This document shows, piece by piece, positions 27,220-41,999 of a stretch of 64,000 nt of DNA (position 1 is the stretch's first letter; every line of letters starts with the position of its first letter). The notes beneath the pieces were generated by a model that saw only the letters and a program-made list of their open reading frames with translations, did no database searches and was not told the DNA's origin. The translations under genes and the position numbers were made by a program. This stretch comes from Eledone cirrhosa. Lineage: Eukaryota. The stretch is from positions 151,652,001-151,716,000 of the forward strand of contig OZ024742.1 in assembly GCA_964016885.1 (NCBI GenBank), written 5' to 3'.

Positions 27220-27600
27220 TATGAGCAGGAACATGGTGTCCGAGCGTGGGGTTAGCCGACCGGGAGTAAGAGATTCGAAGTTCTTCTTAGGACATCATTC
27301 TAAGAGAAAGAAAACTCTGGTGTAAAACCTGCTATTCGCTCGCAGCCAATGATGTTGACCTGTTAATTTTTTATACCTGCCACCGTTGTTTAGAGAGTTG
27401 GCTTGGTCCAGTGCAATACCTTTCCTTCTTTACTTAAAAAAATCTTCAAACATAGGCATCATTTGATCTAAACGACTTTCACGTGTGTTGCTAGAGCATG
27501 ACCCTTTCGTTTTTCTTTCGCTGCAACATATGCACAAAGGAATCTAAGTCCATGGTAGAGTCAAAAGGTCATCTTCATGCCACCCACGCAAGTGCCTTAT
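27220..27600 (+). mobile_element. Old relative of the RTE-derived (ATGT)n-associated element
   Basis: ttctaagagaaagaaaactctgg motif and remnant CNICTKESKSMVESKGHLH after an (ATGT)n tract. Confidence 0.45.
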
Positions 27601-28059
27601 TTAGGGGGGTACCAGGGTCAAGCCCCCCCCCCCCTCCTTTTCAGGAACGGAAGACAAACCATCTTTTGTTTTTTGTTTATTTGATATAATAAATTCTTTT
27701 TAAGCTTATTTTTTTATAGCTGAAATTCATTTGGATATATAAAATTTAATTAGCGGAAAATTTTACTTATGTGATAGGGTGCGGGAAAGCCACCATAAGC
27801 AATACTAACATGCTCCTTTAAGAATCAACAAATGTTGGTTTGTCCCCACCACATTTTTAAGGCAAACGGAGCCCCTGCACCCATGTATGAAAAAACGGTC
27901 AAAGGATGGCAATTCTCATAACCAAATTGCAGTCATTACGTAGTTTATTTCTGTGAGTGTAACATGGCATACTTCATCGTGTGAAACGTTACGTAGCTTA
28001 TTTCCTTGTGTGCAACGATACAACGGCGCGAAACTGCGATGAATGACATTTCTTCCGTT

Positions 28060-28830
28060 ACGGATCTTATCATCACCCTCCCACCATCATTACCTCAACA
28101 GCACAGCTACCATCACCCTACCACTATCATTACTACCAACCACCACTATCACCGCCGCCGCCACCATCACCACCATGAACCAGCCATCGTCATCGTTAAC
28201 ATTAACAACATCAATATCACTATCCATAAGGATTTCTCCTCTTCCGTGTCTTCCTCTACTTTCTTCCTGTTTAATTTAGTCATCCCCCACCCCACTTCCC
28301 CTTCATCGTCATCATTATCATCACCCCGACCAACAAAAACAACATCATTATCTTCATTCTCGTTACCCCACCACTACCACCACATCTACCACGACGACGA
28401 CCACCACCACAACCACCACCACCACCACCACCACCACCACCACCACCACCACCACCACCACCATCACCACCACCACCGCCACCACCACCACCACCACCAC
28501 CATCACCACCACCACCACCACCACAACCATCACCACTACCACCACCACCACCACCACCACCACCACCACCACCACAACCACAACCACCACCACCACCATC
28601 ACCAATACCACCACCACCACCATCACCACCACCACCAACAACAACAACAACAGCAACAACAACAAAACCAACATCAACAACATCATCAACAACAAAAACA
28701 ACAACAAAAACAACAACACTGCTACCATCACTACTACCAACACTCCTACCTACAGTGCCACCGACACTCCCGCCCACACCACCTCCAACGCCACAACCAA
28801 CACCACCACCACCATCACTATCATCGTCAC
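28060..28830. repeat. (CAC)n/(CAA)n low-complexity trinucleotide tract
   Basis: Directly visible; produces poly-His, poly-Gly and poly-Val pseudo-ORFs. Confidence 0.95.
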
Positions 28831-28944
28831 TAATTTCTAAAAATGTCCACTAGACATCCTATATACAAAGATCAACTATATAAAGAAACGTAAGTATTTG
28901 CCAAACACGGAATATTGTAGAAAGCTTCCATTTACGTCTATAAC

Positions 28945-29298
28945 ATCAGCCAACGAGTAAGCCACAACGTGGTCATCTGAAGTGCTGGAAATAGCAGCCA
29001 CGCCACCCTCAAATAGGAACCAGGTTGTCGATCAGGCAACAACTTTAGACAGCAACTGTCTCACGCGCAAGAAAAAGACACTCAAATCACACCCTAGATT
29101 CTTAAAAAGTAATAGTTGTTTCTACTTTTGGCACAATTATTCCAGTGTATTACTGGTACTTTATTTTCTCGAAGCCGTAAGGATGAAAGGCAAAGTTAAC
29201 CTCGGCAGGATTTGAACTCAGACCATAAAGGGCCGTAACTCTTTGCTGCTAAGCATGACGTCGGACCCACTACCTATACTGCCAATCCACTGCCCTTA
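28945..29298 (-). mobile_element. SINE (minus strand, ~29110-29298) with adjacent SINE-like fragment
   Basis: Reverse complement of the 19712 family (gtaaggatgaaaggcaaagttaacctcggc...gaactcag). Confidence 0.7.
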
Positions 29299-29320
29299 AC
29301 AAGTAATAATACATCAGAAC

Positions 29321-29408
<88 letters not shown>

Positions 29409-29757
29409 TGTGTGTTTGTATGTGTGTTTGTGATTGTAGAGAGTTAAGATGAAAATATTCGTCGATAAAACTAGAACTGCTGATAACATTTTGGGAAAAG
29501 TGTTTCATAATGAAGATGGTAGTTAAAGAATGATTTACATATACACCCTTACTTATATTTTCATACAACATACACAGAATCATACACATAAAAACATACA
29601 CAAAAACATACACAAAAACATACACAATCAACATATACACAAACATATACATAAAAATATTCTTACAGCTCTACACAACACAGACACAAACTCACGTCCA
29701 TACGTATACAAAAATAATCACATCGATTCAAAGACACATCTGAACATCCATCCATTC

Positions 29758-29799
<42 letters not shown>

Positions 29800-30239
29800 T
29801 CCTCGTTTTTTTTTCTATTACATATATATATTATACATGTAAGCATACATACATATATACATACATACACATATGCATATATATATACATATATATACAT
29901 ACACACACATATATATATATATTGAGTATATGTTGGTTGTATACCAACACCTCAGTATGCAGGCTGCACCAGAAATAGCCGTCGAAACGGCTTGAGCTCT
30001 GCTGTCGGGGTCATACTTTTTCCTATATATGTATATATATATATATATATATAAATATATATATATGTGTGTGTATGTGTGTTTGTGTTTGTCTGTGTGT
30101 GTGTGTGTGTACGTGTGTGTCTGTATCTGTATATATATATATATATCTATGTATGTATGATTTTATATATAAATTAGGAATTTATCTTTTCCGTCTTCTC
30201 TTTCTACATAAATCCCTCATATCACAAGGTAAATTTTAA

Positions 30240-33048
30240 GAAACAACAACAACAACATCAACAACAAGAACAACTACAGTCAGAACAACAACAACAACAA
30301 AAAATAGCTGCCAAAACAACAGCTGTGCCAACTACAACGAATGTAAGAAAGTTAACAACTGGTTAAGAAAGTCAATAACAGCATCAACAAAATAGCCACT
30401 ACAACAACAACAACCAGAACAACAGTTAACTACAACAACACCAAAAACAACAGCCACAACAACAACAACACTAACCACAACAAAAACAACAGCCACAACA
30501 ACAACAACAATAACCACAACAAAATGAACACCAAAAACATCAACAATAATAACCACAACAACAGCAACATGAACTCCAAAAACAACAGCTACAACAACAA
30601 CAACAATAACCACAACAAAAACAACAGCCACAACAACAACAACAATAACCACAACAATAACCACAACAAAAACATCAACAACAATAACCACAACAACAGC
30701 AACATGAACACCAAAAACAACAGCCACAACAACAACAACGATAACCACAACAAAATGAACACCAAAAACATCAACAACAATAACCACAACAACAGCAACA
30801 TGAACACCAAAAACAACAGCCACAACAACAACAATAACCACAACAAAAACAACAGCCACAACAACAACAATAACCACAACAATAACCACAACAAAAACAT
30901 CAACAACAATAACCACAACAACAGCAACATGAACGCCAAAAACAATAACCACAACAACAACAACAATAACCACAACAAAAACAACAGCCACAACAACAAT
31001 AACCACAACAATAACCACAACAAAAACATCAACAACAATAACCACAACAACAGCAACATGAACACTAAAAACAACAGCCACAACAACAACAACAATAACC
31101 ACAACAATAACCACAACAAAAACATCAACAACAATAACCACAACAACACCAACATGAACGCCAAAAACAACAACCACAACAACAACAACAACAATAACCA
31201 CAACAAAATGAACACCAAAAACATCAACAACAATAACCACAACAACAGCAACATGAACACCAAAAACAACAGCCACAACAACAACAACAATAACCACAAC
31301 AAAATGAACACCAAAAACATCAACAACAATAACCACAACAACAGCAACATGAACACCAAAAAACAACAGACACAACAACAACAACAATAACCACAACAAA
31401 ATGAACACCAAAAACATCAACAACAATAACCACAACAGCAACATGAACACCAAAAACAACAGCCACAACAACAACAATAATAACCACAACAAAATGAACA
31501 CCAAAAACATCAACAACAATAACCACAACAACAGCAACATGAACACCAAAAACAACAGCCACAACAACAACAACAATAACCACAACAAAATGAACACCAA
31601 AAACATCAACAACAATAACCACAACAACAGCAACATGAACACCAAAAAACAACAGCCACAACAACAACAACAATAACCACAACAAAATGAACACCAAAAA
31701 CATCAACAACAATAACCACAACAACACCAACATGAACGCCAAAAACAACAACCACAACAACAACAACAACAATAACCACAACAAAATGAACACCAAAAAC
31801 ATCAACAACAATAACCACAACAACAGCAACATGAACACCAAAAACAACAGCCACAACAACAACAACAATAACCACAACAAAATGAACACCAAAAACATCA
31901 ACAACAATAACCACAACAACAGCAACATGAACACCAAAAAACAACAGCCACAACAACAACAACAATAACCACAACAAAATGAACACCAAAAACATCAACA
32001 ACAATAACCACAACAACAGCAACATGAACACCAAAAAACAACAGCCACAACAACAACAACAATAACCACAACAAAATGAACACCAAAAACATCAACAACA
32101 ATAACCACAACAACAGCAACATGAACACCAAAAAACAACAGCCACAACAACAACAACAATAACCACAACAAAATGAACACCAAAAACATCAACAACAATA
32201 ACCACAACAACAGCAACATGAACACCAAAAAACAACAGCCACAACAACAACAACAATAACCACAACAAAATGAACACCAAAAACATCAACAACAATAACC
32301 ACAACAACAGCAACATGAACACCAAAAACAACAGCCACAACAACAACAACAATAACCACAACAAAATGAACACCAAAAACATCAACAACAATAACCACAA
32401 CAACAGCAACATGAACACCAAAAACAACAGCCACAACAACAACAACAATAACCACAACAAAATGAACACCAAAAACATCAACAACAATAACCACAACAAC
32501 ACCAACATGAACGCCAAAAACAACAACCACAACAACAACAACAACAATAACCACAACAAAATGAACACCAAAAACATCAACAACAATAACCACAACAACA
32601 GCAACATGAACACCAAAAACAACAGCCACAACAACAACAACAATAACCACAACAAAATGAACACCAAAAACATCAACAACAATAACCACAACAACAGCAA
32701 CATGAACACCAAAAAACAACAGCCACAACAACAACAACAATAACCACAACAAAATGAACACCAAAAACATCAACAACAATAACCACAACAGCAACATGAA
32801 CACCAAAAACAACAGCCACAACAACAACAATAATAACCACAACAAAATGAACACCAAAAACATCAACAACAATAACCACAACAACAGCAACATGAACACC
32901 AAAAACAACAGCCACAACAACAACAATAACGACAACAACAACAGCAAAATGTGCGACAAAGACAACATCCACAACAACAACAACAATAACAGCAATGGCT
33001 ACAACGAGAACAACAATAGCAACAAAATGAACGACAGAAGCAACATCC

Positions 33049-33092
<44 letters not shown>

Positions 33093-33311
33093 TACCGCAA
33101 CAACAACAACAACTACCGCAACAACAACACAAGTGACCGCAACAACAACAACAACAACAACAACTACCGCAACAACAACAAAAGTGACCGCAACAACAAC
33201 AAAAGTGACCGCAACAACAACAACAACAATTACCGCAACAACAACAACAACAATTACCGCAACAATAACCACCACAACGACAACAATAACCACAACAACA
33301 ACAACAACAGC

Positions 33312-33356
<45 letters not shown>

Positions 33357-33475
33357 TACCGCAACAACAACAACTACCGCAACAATAACCACCACAACGA
33401 CAACAATAACCACAACAACAACAATATTTACCACAACAACAACAATAACAACCACAACAACAACAACTATAGTAA
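30240..33475. repeat. CAA-rich higher-order minisatellite, 96/97-bp unit
   Basis: Unit aaaatgaacaccaaaaacatcaacaacaataaccacaacaacagcaacatgaacaccaaaaacaacagccacaacaac...; ORF ends at 31898/31995/32092/32189 show a 97-bp period. Confidence 0.95.
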
Positions 33476-33657
33476 TAATTGTTTCTACTTTTGACACAAG
33501 GCCAGCAATTACCCAGTACATTACTGGTACTTTATTTTATCGACCCCGTAAGGATAAAAGGCAAAGTTAACCTCGGCTGGATTTGAACTCAGACCGTAAA
33601 GGGAGGTAACTATGCTGGAAAGCATGGCGTCCAACCCTCTACCGATACTACCAATAA
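33476..33657 (-). mobile_element. tRNA-headed SINE whose 3' end abuts the minisatellite
   Basis: Reverse complement of the 19712 family. Confidence 0.85.
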
Positions 33658-33924
33658 TGATGGTAAGAAGACGCACGGCGGCTGCGACGATAGGAAAATA
33701 GCTTAGAACAAAATTTGATTTAACCATTTGATGGAAGTTATAGATTTGTAATAATTCAATTTCTGTATTGACTCTATTGCTGCTACAGGTATGTGTAATT
33801 GATTATTGATACCTATTGGAAAAGAAAAGAAAGAAAGAAAAGAAATGGCAATCAATAGCATAGACATTCGTGCTGTATTTCAGCTTCTCCCATTCATTGA
33901 CGTGCTATTTTGAAATCGTACAGA

Positions 33925-34200
33925 CCGCCACCACACCATCATCACCACCACCCTCACCACCATCAAACCACCACCACCACGGCCGCCGCCGCCGCTACCG
34001 CAAACACCACCAATAACATCACTATTACCACCAGGGCCACCACCACAACCACCACCACAACCACCACCACCACCACCACCACCACCACTACTACCACACC
34101 ACCACCAGTACTACAACCACCGCTGCCGCCGCCACCACTACCACGACCTCCACCACCAATACCATCACCACCACCACTACCTACAACAACAACGCGACCA
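33925..34200. repeat. (CAC)n low-complexity tract
   Basis: Directly visible. Confidence 0.9.
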
Positions 34201-34642
34201 TCACGGCGACAGCCTTTTATGCATTCTATAACAGTAAAGTCAAATAGACACGTTTGAGACACTCAGTTTTACGTTAGCTCGCATGAAAGTCTTGAAAAAA
34301 AAAGCAAAAAAAAGCAACAACAAAACTAAATAAAATAATCAAGAAGAAGAAACAAATAATAAACACATGCATAAAAAATAAAAAAAACAACAACAAAAGA
34401 GAACAAAAAAAAACAAACAAACAAACAAGCAAAACAACCAAACAAACAAGCAAATCGCTAAATTGCTTCTTCATACAATTATGTGTGAATTTGGGGAAAA
34501 TGCTGCAGAATAGTGAAAGAATTTAAATCAATATGGCGCTGAGAATGAGAAATAGCTCATACTTTTCTATTGACTGATTCCTAAAGAAAGTTACAATTAT
34601 AGCAATGAAATTATGTATGTATCTATGTATATATATACATAT

Positions 34643-35046
<404 letters not shown>

Positions 35047-35082
35047 GTATTATATTTATATATATGTATATATATATATATG

Positions 35083-35209
<127 letters not shown>

Positions 35210-35367
35210 TTAAGGATACTATTTATGGTTATGTATATACTAAAACTTTTTATAGTTATATATAATTTAAACCTTAAACAGTGAAAGACAGTAATTTATT
35301 ACTACCTTATTACCAGTAAGATAAATAGCTCAATGTAATAACATCAGTTATTCTACAGAGCAGTTAT

Positions 35368-36765
35368 ATAGAATTCACAGGAATCAAAGTTATGTTCAAG
35401 CCATTTATTAGCTTACAATTGTTTCATCCAAACCGAGGCTTGGAGTCTTCGGAGCATTTTTCAATGAATAGAGGATTAATTTATTAACATAAAAGAGCTG
35501 TATAAGCTATATGTTGAGTACAATGAATTATGTACAAGTGGTATGTGAGTTATACATACATGTATAACTTGATAGATAGATTAATGACATTGTAAGTGAG
35601 AAATGTTTTTTGGTCTACCCTAGAGATATTTAACTTTGCCATGCAATCAGCCATACGCTGACCCAGACCTTACCAGTGGTTATATAGACGTGGTTCTAAT
35701 AGGGCCCCTGACAGGGTCTGTGAGTAGACTACATTTACAAAGAACTTTTATATGTAGATCTGACTCTTCGTATGGAATATTCAGTTGTAGCACTCTATGA
35801 TAGGGAGTAATCATCCTAGTATAGATACCTTTAGTACTTCATGATAGAGTAGACTGTAATTAAAGATAGGATACTTAAATTTGGAAACTGTATATAACCG
35901 TATATATAAGGGACTCAATTGAGACACCTTTTAATGTATGTTGGAATAATAAATTTAGTTATAGAAATCAGCTAGTTACCTCCCCTCACGCATTAACTCC
36001 CCTTAATCACACACATACTTCCGGATAATAAAACGATATAAATTCTCTCAACAGAAACAACCTGCTCTATAAAATTGGATTAAAGAACACTGAGCCGCAA
36101 CAAGCTATAATAATTTAACTTAGTACATCAAACATCCAATACGGAATCATCGTTAATTATGTGATGGACATATAAACTATATATTATGTTTCCTGAATTG
36201 TGAAAATGGTGGTGTATACAAAAACCATAACATTATTTTGCTTCTCATTTATACTATTTCTCTGCACACAAGCTTCTTTATCATACATAAAAAATACCTT
36301 ACCACTACAACCTTCATAATACTCTTGATTACCCGCTTAAAGTGCTTGTATTGCATATAACACCCTGCCGCACAATAATCATATATAAATAAGACACACG
36401 TGCATGCCCCACGTGTAACTAATGCATACAATAACTACTACAACTGACTAACAAACTATCCTCTTGCATTATCTACGTAAACTGCCGATGATGTATTTTA
36501 ATTTTAACTTTAATTTTGCTTTGATTCTGTTTTAATATGATTTTAATTTTTGAATTTAAATTGCCATTCAGAAATAATATAATATATGTCACCCCGCTGT
36601 ACATCAATATATACATGTGTATCTGTATGTCTCTTGCGTTGGAAAGGAGGTCATGTATGTAAACAAACATTGAAAAATGCTCCGAAGACCCCAAGCCTCG
36701 GTTTGGATGAAACAATTGTAAGCTAATAAATGATATGAACATAACTTTGATTCCTGTGAATTCTC
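35368..36765 (+). mobile_element. Degenerate Penelope-like element bounded by ~100-bp inverted repeats, each carrying a hammerhead motif
   Basis: 35371-35466 is the reverse complement of 36668-36763; gct-CCGAAGA-cc-ccaagcc-tc-ggtttgg-at-GAAAC-aatt-GTA-agc; faint ILSTET/IKE/NNL GIY-YIG-like remnant near 36040-36120. Confidence 0.6.
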
Positions 36766-36789
36766 TCTCTCTCTATATATATATATATA

Positions 36790-37517
36790 AATTAGCGAGA
36801 ATCGTATTTCGGCTTTGGAATTAGCGAAAAACAACTTCCGAGATGTGTGGCAAGCGCTCAATAATTCTGACGAACCAAAGCTACAACATACGTTGAAGGC
36901 CAAACACACTGAGACGATGGGTAAACCGTCATCCGCAAAGCCATAGAAACGATCAAGTAATTCGTGTCAAACAAATAAAAAAATTTGATTGAAAAAATTT
37001 ACCCGGACCCCTGGATGATTGGTAAAATCCTGCATTTGGGTTTCTGCGACTCCTAAATCATGTACTGTCCGCTTAGACAAATAATGTTAGGCTTCTGGTA
37101 AGATGATTGAACAAGGAAGTCACTTTCTCAACAGGTTTTAGTTCAAGTGCCAGGCAAGGAATGACCGTTCCCGATACCCACGCGGGGCTCGACAAGGGAG
37201 GCAATCCTTATTTTTGGCGGATGAAATATAAATTAACGAGGATCGTATTTCAGCTTGGGAATTAGCGAAAAAACAACTTCCGAGATGTGTGGCAAGCACT
37301 CAATAATTCTGACGAACCAGAGCTACAACATACGTTAAAGGCCAAACACACTGAGACGATGGTTAAACCGTCACCCGCATAGCCATAGAAACGACCAAGT
37401 AATTCGGGTCAAACAAATAAAAAAAATGTGATTGAAAAAATTTACCCGGACCCCTGGATGGTTGGTAAAATCCAGCATTTGGGTTTCTGCGACTCTTAAA
37501 TCATGTACTGTCCGCTT
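36790..37517. repeat. Diverged tandem duplication, period ~440 bp (about 1.7 units)
   Basis: ~36790-37076 is repeated at ~37230-37517. Confidence 0.9.
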
Positions 37518-39311
37518 ATATATATATTGCGTTTCTGAATTTGTTTAGTAAGATTCTTTATCTGAAAACCTGTGCTGAAACCGATATTGTTATAAATTGA
37601 AGTGAAGGCAACTGGTGCGTGTGTTTCTTATTGGAAACATGACCCTCCAAAAGTATAACAATATATATATATACATATATATATATATACATACATACAA
37701 AATTTATATATATATATATATACACACATATGTATATGCACGATGTCCATCGATAAAAGGCCAAGGGAAACAATGTTCAATCAGAGAGCTTATTTGGTAT
37801 ATATTAAAATCAGAGAGCTTATTTGGTATATATTAAAATTTCATACACATAACATGTATGCACGACCTTAGGTTTCGGAGCCCACTTATGGCCACCACTG
37901 TATAGTGGAGGAGCCGTTCTAAAACTAGTCTCACTCGTTAGACGCAAGGATAAAATTTAAAGAAAAACCGTTACTTCATGAAATATGGTTATATTTGGTA
38001 GATAGTCTTCTAAAGAAGAATGGGGGCGGGGTTACATCTAGAAACAAACCCTAAATTATGTTGATACAGCACTTCCTGCTTTGAATGAACGTGTATGTAT
38101 AGTATGCTCCTGATTTAAGTTGTAAGTTAATCGATGTGTATGTATAAAATCCATGTGACTTGTAATTAAAATTGTAATTTATTTTAAAAGGGCCTTGAAG
38201 GAGATCGTTACGACACAGAAAAGGTCGTATATCGTAAACTGATCGTCCTTAAAAAAAGCAAAGGAGATAATTCTCTTTGAAAAATTTTGGAGGGCTGGAT
38301 GAATGCTTCCTCCTCTCATACGCATATTGAAGGTTGCATTGGCAGGTTTGAATAGAAACGTATGTATGTTACCCAACTGTCTTAGGTATTTCGTAAATAT
38401 TAAACCACTAATAAAAAGCTTCCATCCAAAATAATACCTGATTTTCAAGAGATACCAAGTATAGACTGGAACATATCACTTCAAAAAGATCTAACCTCTG
38501 TGTATTTCTAAGTTTTATGGTGTATGTTTCCAATGTTTAAGCTGCAGTTGGAAAAACATCATGGTGGTTTACTGCCTAAATTTGGATAGCTCGCTAATAC
38601 TCCGCGTCCTTTAGATCGTGTCAAACTGTATGAATGTAAATGGTTTACAGTGCTAATTCTGTACTTGGTAAGGAAATGATACAGTGGATGGTTCTGAAGT
38701 AGACACATTCATACATATATACATGCATGCATACATACATATATGTATACATACATATATGCATTCATGTATGCAAACACACATACATGTAAACATACAT
38801 ATAGGCATACATACATCTGTACATGCATACATACATATATATATACATACACACGTACATTTGTACATACATATATGCATGCATACATAGATACATACAT
38901 CTGTACATGTGTACATACATATATATATACATGTATTCACGAACACATATATGTACACACATACATATATACACATATATTGTTTCACACACACACACAT
39001 ATATATTGTGTTTCATTTCAATGTTGTTACCAATTAATTAGATAATTAGTTAATTAATAAGTCAACACATAAATTAATTGGTTAATTAGTTTGTCAAAGT
39101 TCATATGTCATAGCCTGTCACCTTACCCATAACAATATGTTCTTCACAAGCTTCCTAGTTGCTATTACTCACTCTTTGCTCTCTGGTCCTATTTCGGTGT
39201 CTAATGATAAACATATTTACGTTCTGTGTGTGTGTGATACATTGCATATATTGAATTGCGCGCTAAGCAGCCGAAGAATGTATTGAATATACATAGACAC
39301 ACACTCACACA

Positions 39312-39401
<90 letters not shown>

Positions 39402-39598
39402 CAGGTCAGTCTAAAATCTTTTCCTGAGTCCAATCATTTTCGTTGCTATGGCAATGCGGCTGGACTGCCGATCGCTGTGTTTGATTTGCAAAGTTGTCTA
39501 AACGTATTGTTATTACTCTGGGGTATTATTCTACTTTCCGAATTTGCATTCACTAGCTTAGCCGCAGCCCAAAGCTTCGTTAATGCTGTACTAAAATT

Positions 39599-39679
<81 letters not shown>

Positions 39680-39681
<2 letters not shown>

Positions 39682-39932
39682 CATTTTCTCCTAGTTATTT
39701 TACACCTAATTCTGTTTAATTGACTGTATCTGGGCGATTACGCTGTCGAAATATTCGATAAATATTCCGTTGCGGCCGACGCGAAGGGCTAGTCTCGGTT
39801 ATTTGTTGGAGATTTCTTCATAGAAGCCTCATTCTTATAGCCTGGTCTATTCGATTTTTTATATAGTTAATTATGCTAATTGGGAAAGGAAATGGTATAT
39901 ATTTTATCTTGGGATTCTATAGACATGTTTTA

Positions 39933-39935
<3 letters not shown>
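39680..39935 (-). repeat. Dispersed repeat; inverted homologue at ~63368-63630
   Basis: tcataaaacatgtctatagaat...gataaaatatatacc... is shared in opposite orientation. Confidence 0.75.
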
Positions 39936-39990
<55 letters not shown>

Positions 39991-40050
39991 ATTATTTAAA
40001 AAATAATGAATAAACAAAGAAACAGTTCCTTATATTAAACAAAAAAAGTT

Positions 40051-40189
40051 CATTATTTTACGATCGTTTCTAGGACATATATGTGTTAGAATTGGTATGC
40101 ATATTCTATAGATCTATGTACAATATTATACAAACTATCAGAGGGAATATACATACCTTCACATATATATGCTGTCTTCAGAAATAATG
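40051..40189 (-). ncRNA. Type I hammerhead ribozyme (inverted pLTR copy)
   Basis: Reverse complement of 46098-46236. Confidence 0.75.
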
Positions 40190-41999
40190 ATGCTTGTTTA
40201 TTGATAAGAACAAAGATTCAATACAATAGGTCTGTTTGGGAGCAGGTTTTGAATAGACCAATGAAATATAGATTGAAATATATAAAAATCTATCAAGAAA
40301 TATAGTTAGGTGTGTGTATATGTATGTAAATACGCTCACAGATGTGCATATATGTGTATGCTCATATGTATACGTATAGTGAAAAAGTGTGTGTAAATCT
40401 AAAATTTAGGGCAAATGTATCTGTATGTCTGTAATCTACAGACAGAATAGATACATCATAAGTATATGAATATGAAGGCGCGCGCCTAAACACGCCCACA
40501 CACAAGTACACCCATATGCGGAAGTAAAAGAAGTAAGGGAGTGTAATAATTAAAGGAAAGTGTCAATCTCGATATATTTATAAAAATGTAACAATAAATT
40601 AGAAAGAAAACATTTTTAGAAAGAAAAAACTAAAGAAAAGAAGACAAAAAAGGGGGGGTACATACATACACAGACACGCATGTCTCACAAAAGAAACGCA
40701 GAAATATACATGCTTATATACACACGCACACTTATACATCCATACGTTCGATACGTACACACACACACACACACACACATACTTACACTCACGCATATTG
40801 ACATGTTTGCATGCACACGCATAAAAATAAGTAAAACATATATCCATACATATATATATACCTATATATATATACACACATACACATGCATATATACAAC
40901 CACACACACACACACACAGAGACATACATATATATAGACATACACACACATATACACAGTCACACACATATACACATATATACATATACATACATACATA
41001 CATCTACACATACATATATATATATATATATATACATACACATATGTATTTTTACACTCTCATACATACACACAAACATACATACACACTTATATATACA
41101 TACACACGTCCACGCTTACATATACATATAATTATTGGGGGGGGGGAATTGAATTTATTAGTGGGAAATAGTAAATATATAGGTTTCAAGGAAGTCATAA
41201 CCTGAAGTTAAAGCTTTATATGTGTTTACTTAGTGGTATCAGTTTTAGGAAATGGTATTTGTGAGAAGGAAAGCCAAATTATGTAGTTCAACATAAGTAC
41301 AATATTAATTATAGGTTAACTAAAATAAAAATAGTTTATATATTAATTTCAAAGGTGTATACTAATTAGGTTTATAATATTTAAAGCGGAATTATGTAGT
41401 TCAACAGTAGTAGAATATTAATTATAGCTTAACTAAATTTAAAATAATTACATATGTTTACTTGATGGTATCAGTTTTAGGAAATGATATTTGTAAGAGG
41501 GAAAGCCAAATTCTGTAGTTCATCGGTAGTAGACTATTAATTATAGGTTAACTAAATTAAAAATAGTTTATATATTAATTTCTATAGTATATGTTAATTA
41601 GGTTTATAATATTTAAAGCAGAATTTTGTATTTTATCTGTAGTAGAATTTTAATTATAGGTTAACTAAATTAAAATTAATCTATATAATTAATTTCTAAA
41701 GTGTATATTAATTAGTTTTTTTTTAGGTCCAATAGGGTAGAATCAAGGTCCTTTTGAAAGTTAGATTTATACTTCTTAAATTTGAGGTATTAATTAACTT
41801 AACTTTCAAAAGGACCTGATTTATACCTCTTAAATTTGATTTATATCTCTTAAATTTGATTTATATCTCTTAAATTTGAGGTATTAATTAACTTTTGAAA
41901 GTTAGATTTATACCTTTTAAATTTGAGGTATTAATTAACTTAACTTAATTAACTTAACTTAATTAACTTAACTTTCAAAAGGACCTTGATTCTACCCTA

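Noticed and set aside
28006-28833. His/Gln-rich 275-aa protein
   Set aside because: Trinucleotide repeat is open in several frames; no domain or splice evidence.
29975-29995. agccgtc-gaa-acggct hairpin as ribozyme or terminator
   Set aside because: No upstream CTGAnGA core; isolated hairpin.
30332-33570. Asn-rich or hydrophobic repeat proteins; CRISPR-like periodicity
   Set aside because: Frame broken by 97-bp units; no unique spacers or cas genes; eukaryotic minisatellite.
39400-39600. Tc1/mariner end (TA-CAGG...)
   Set aside because: No partner TIR or transposase remnant found in the window.
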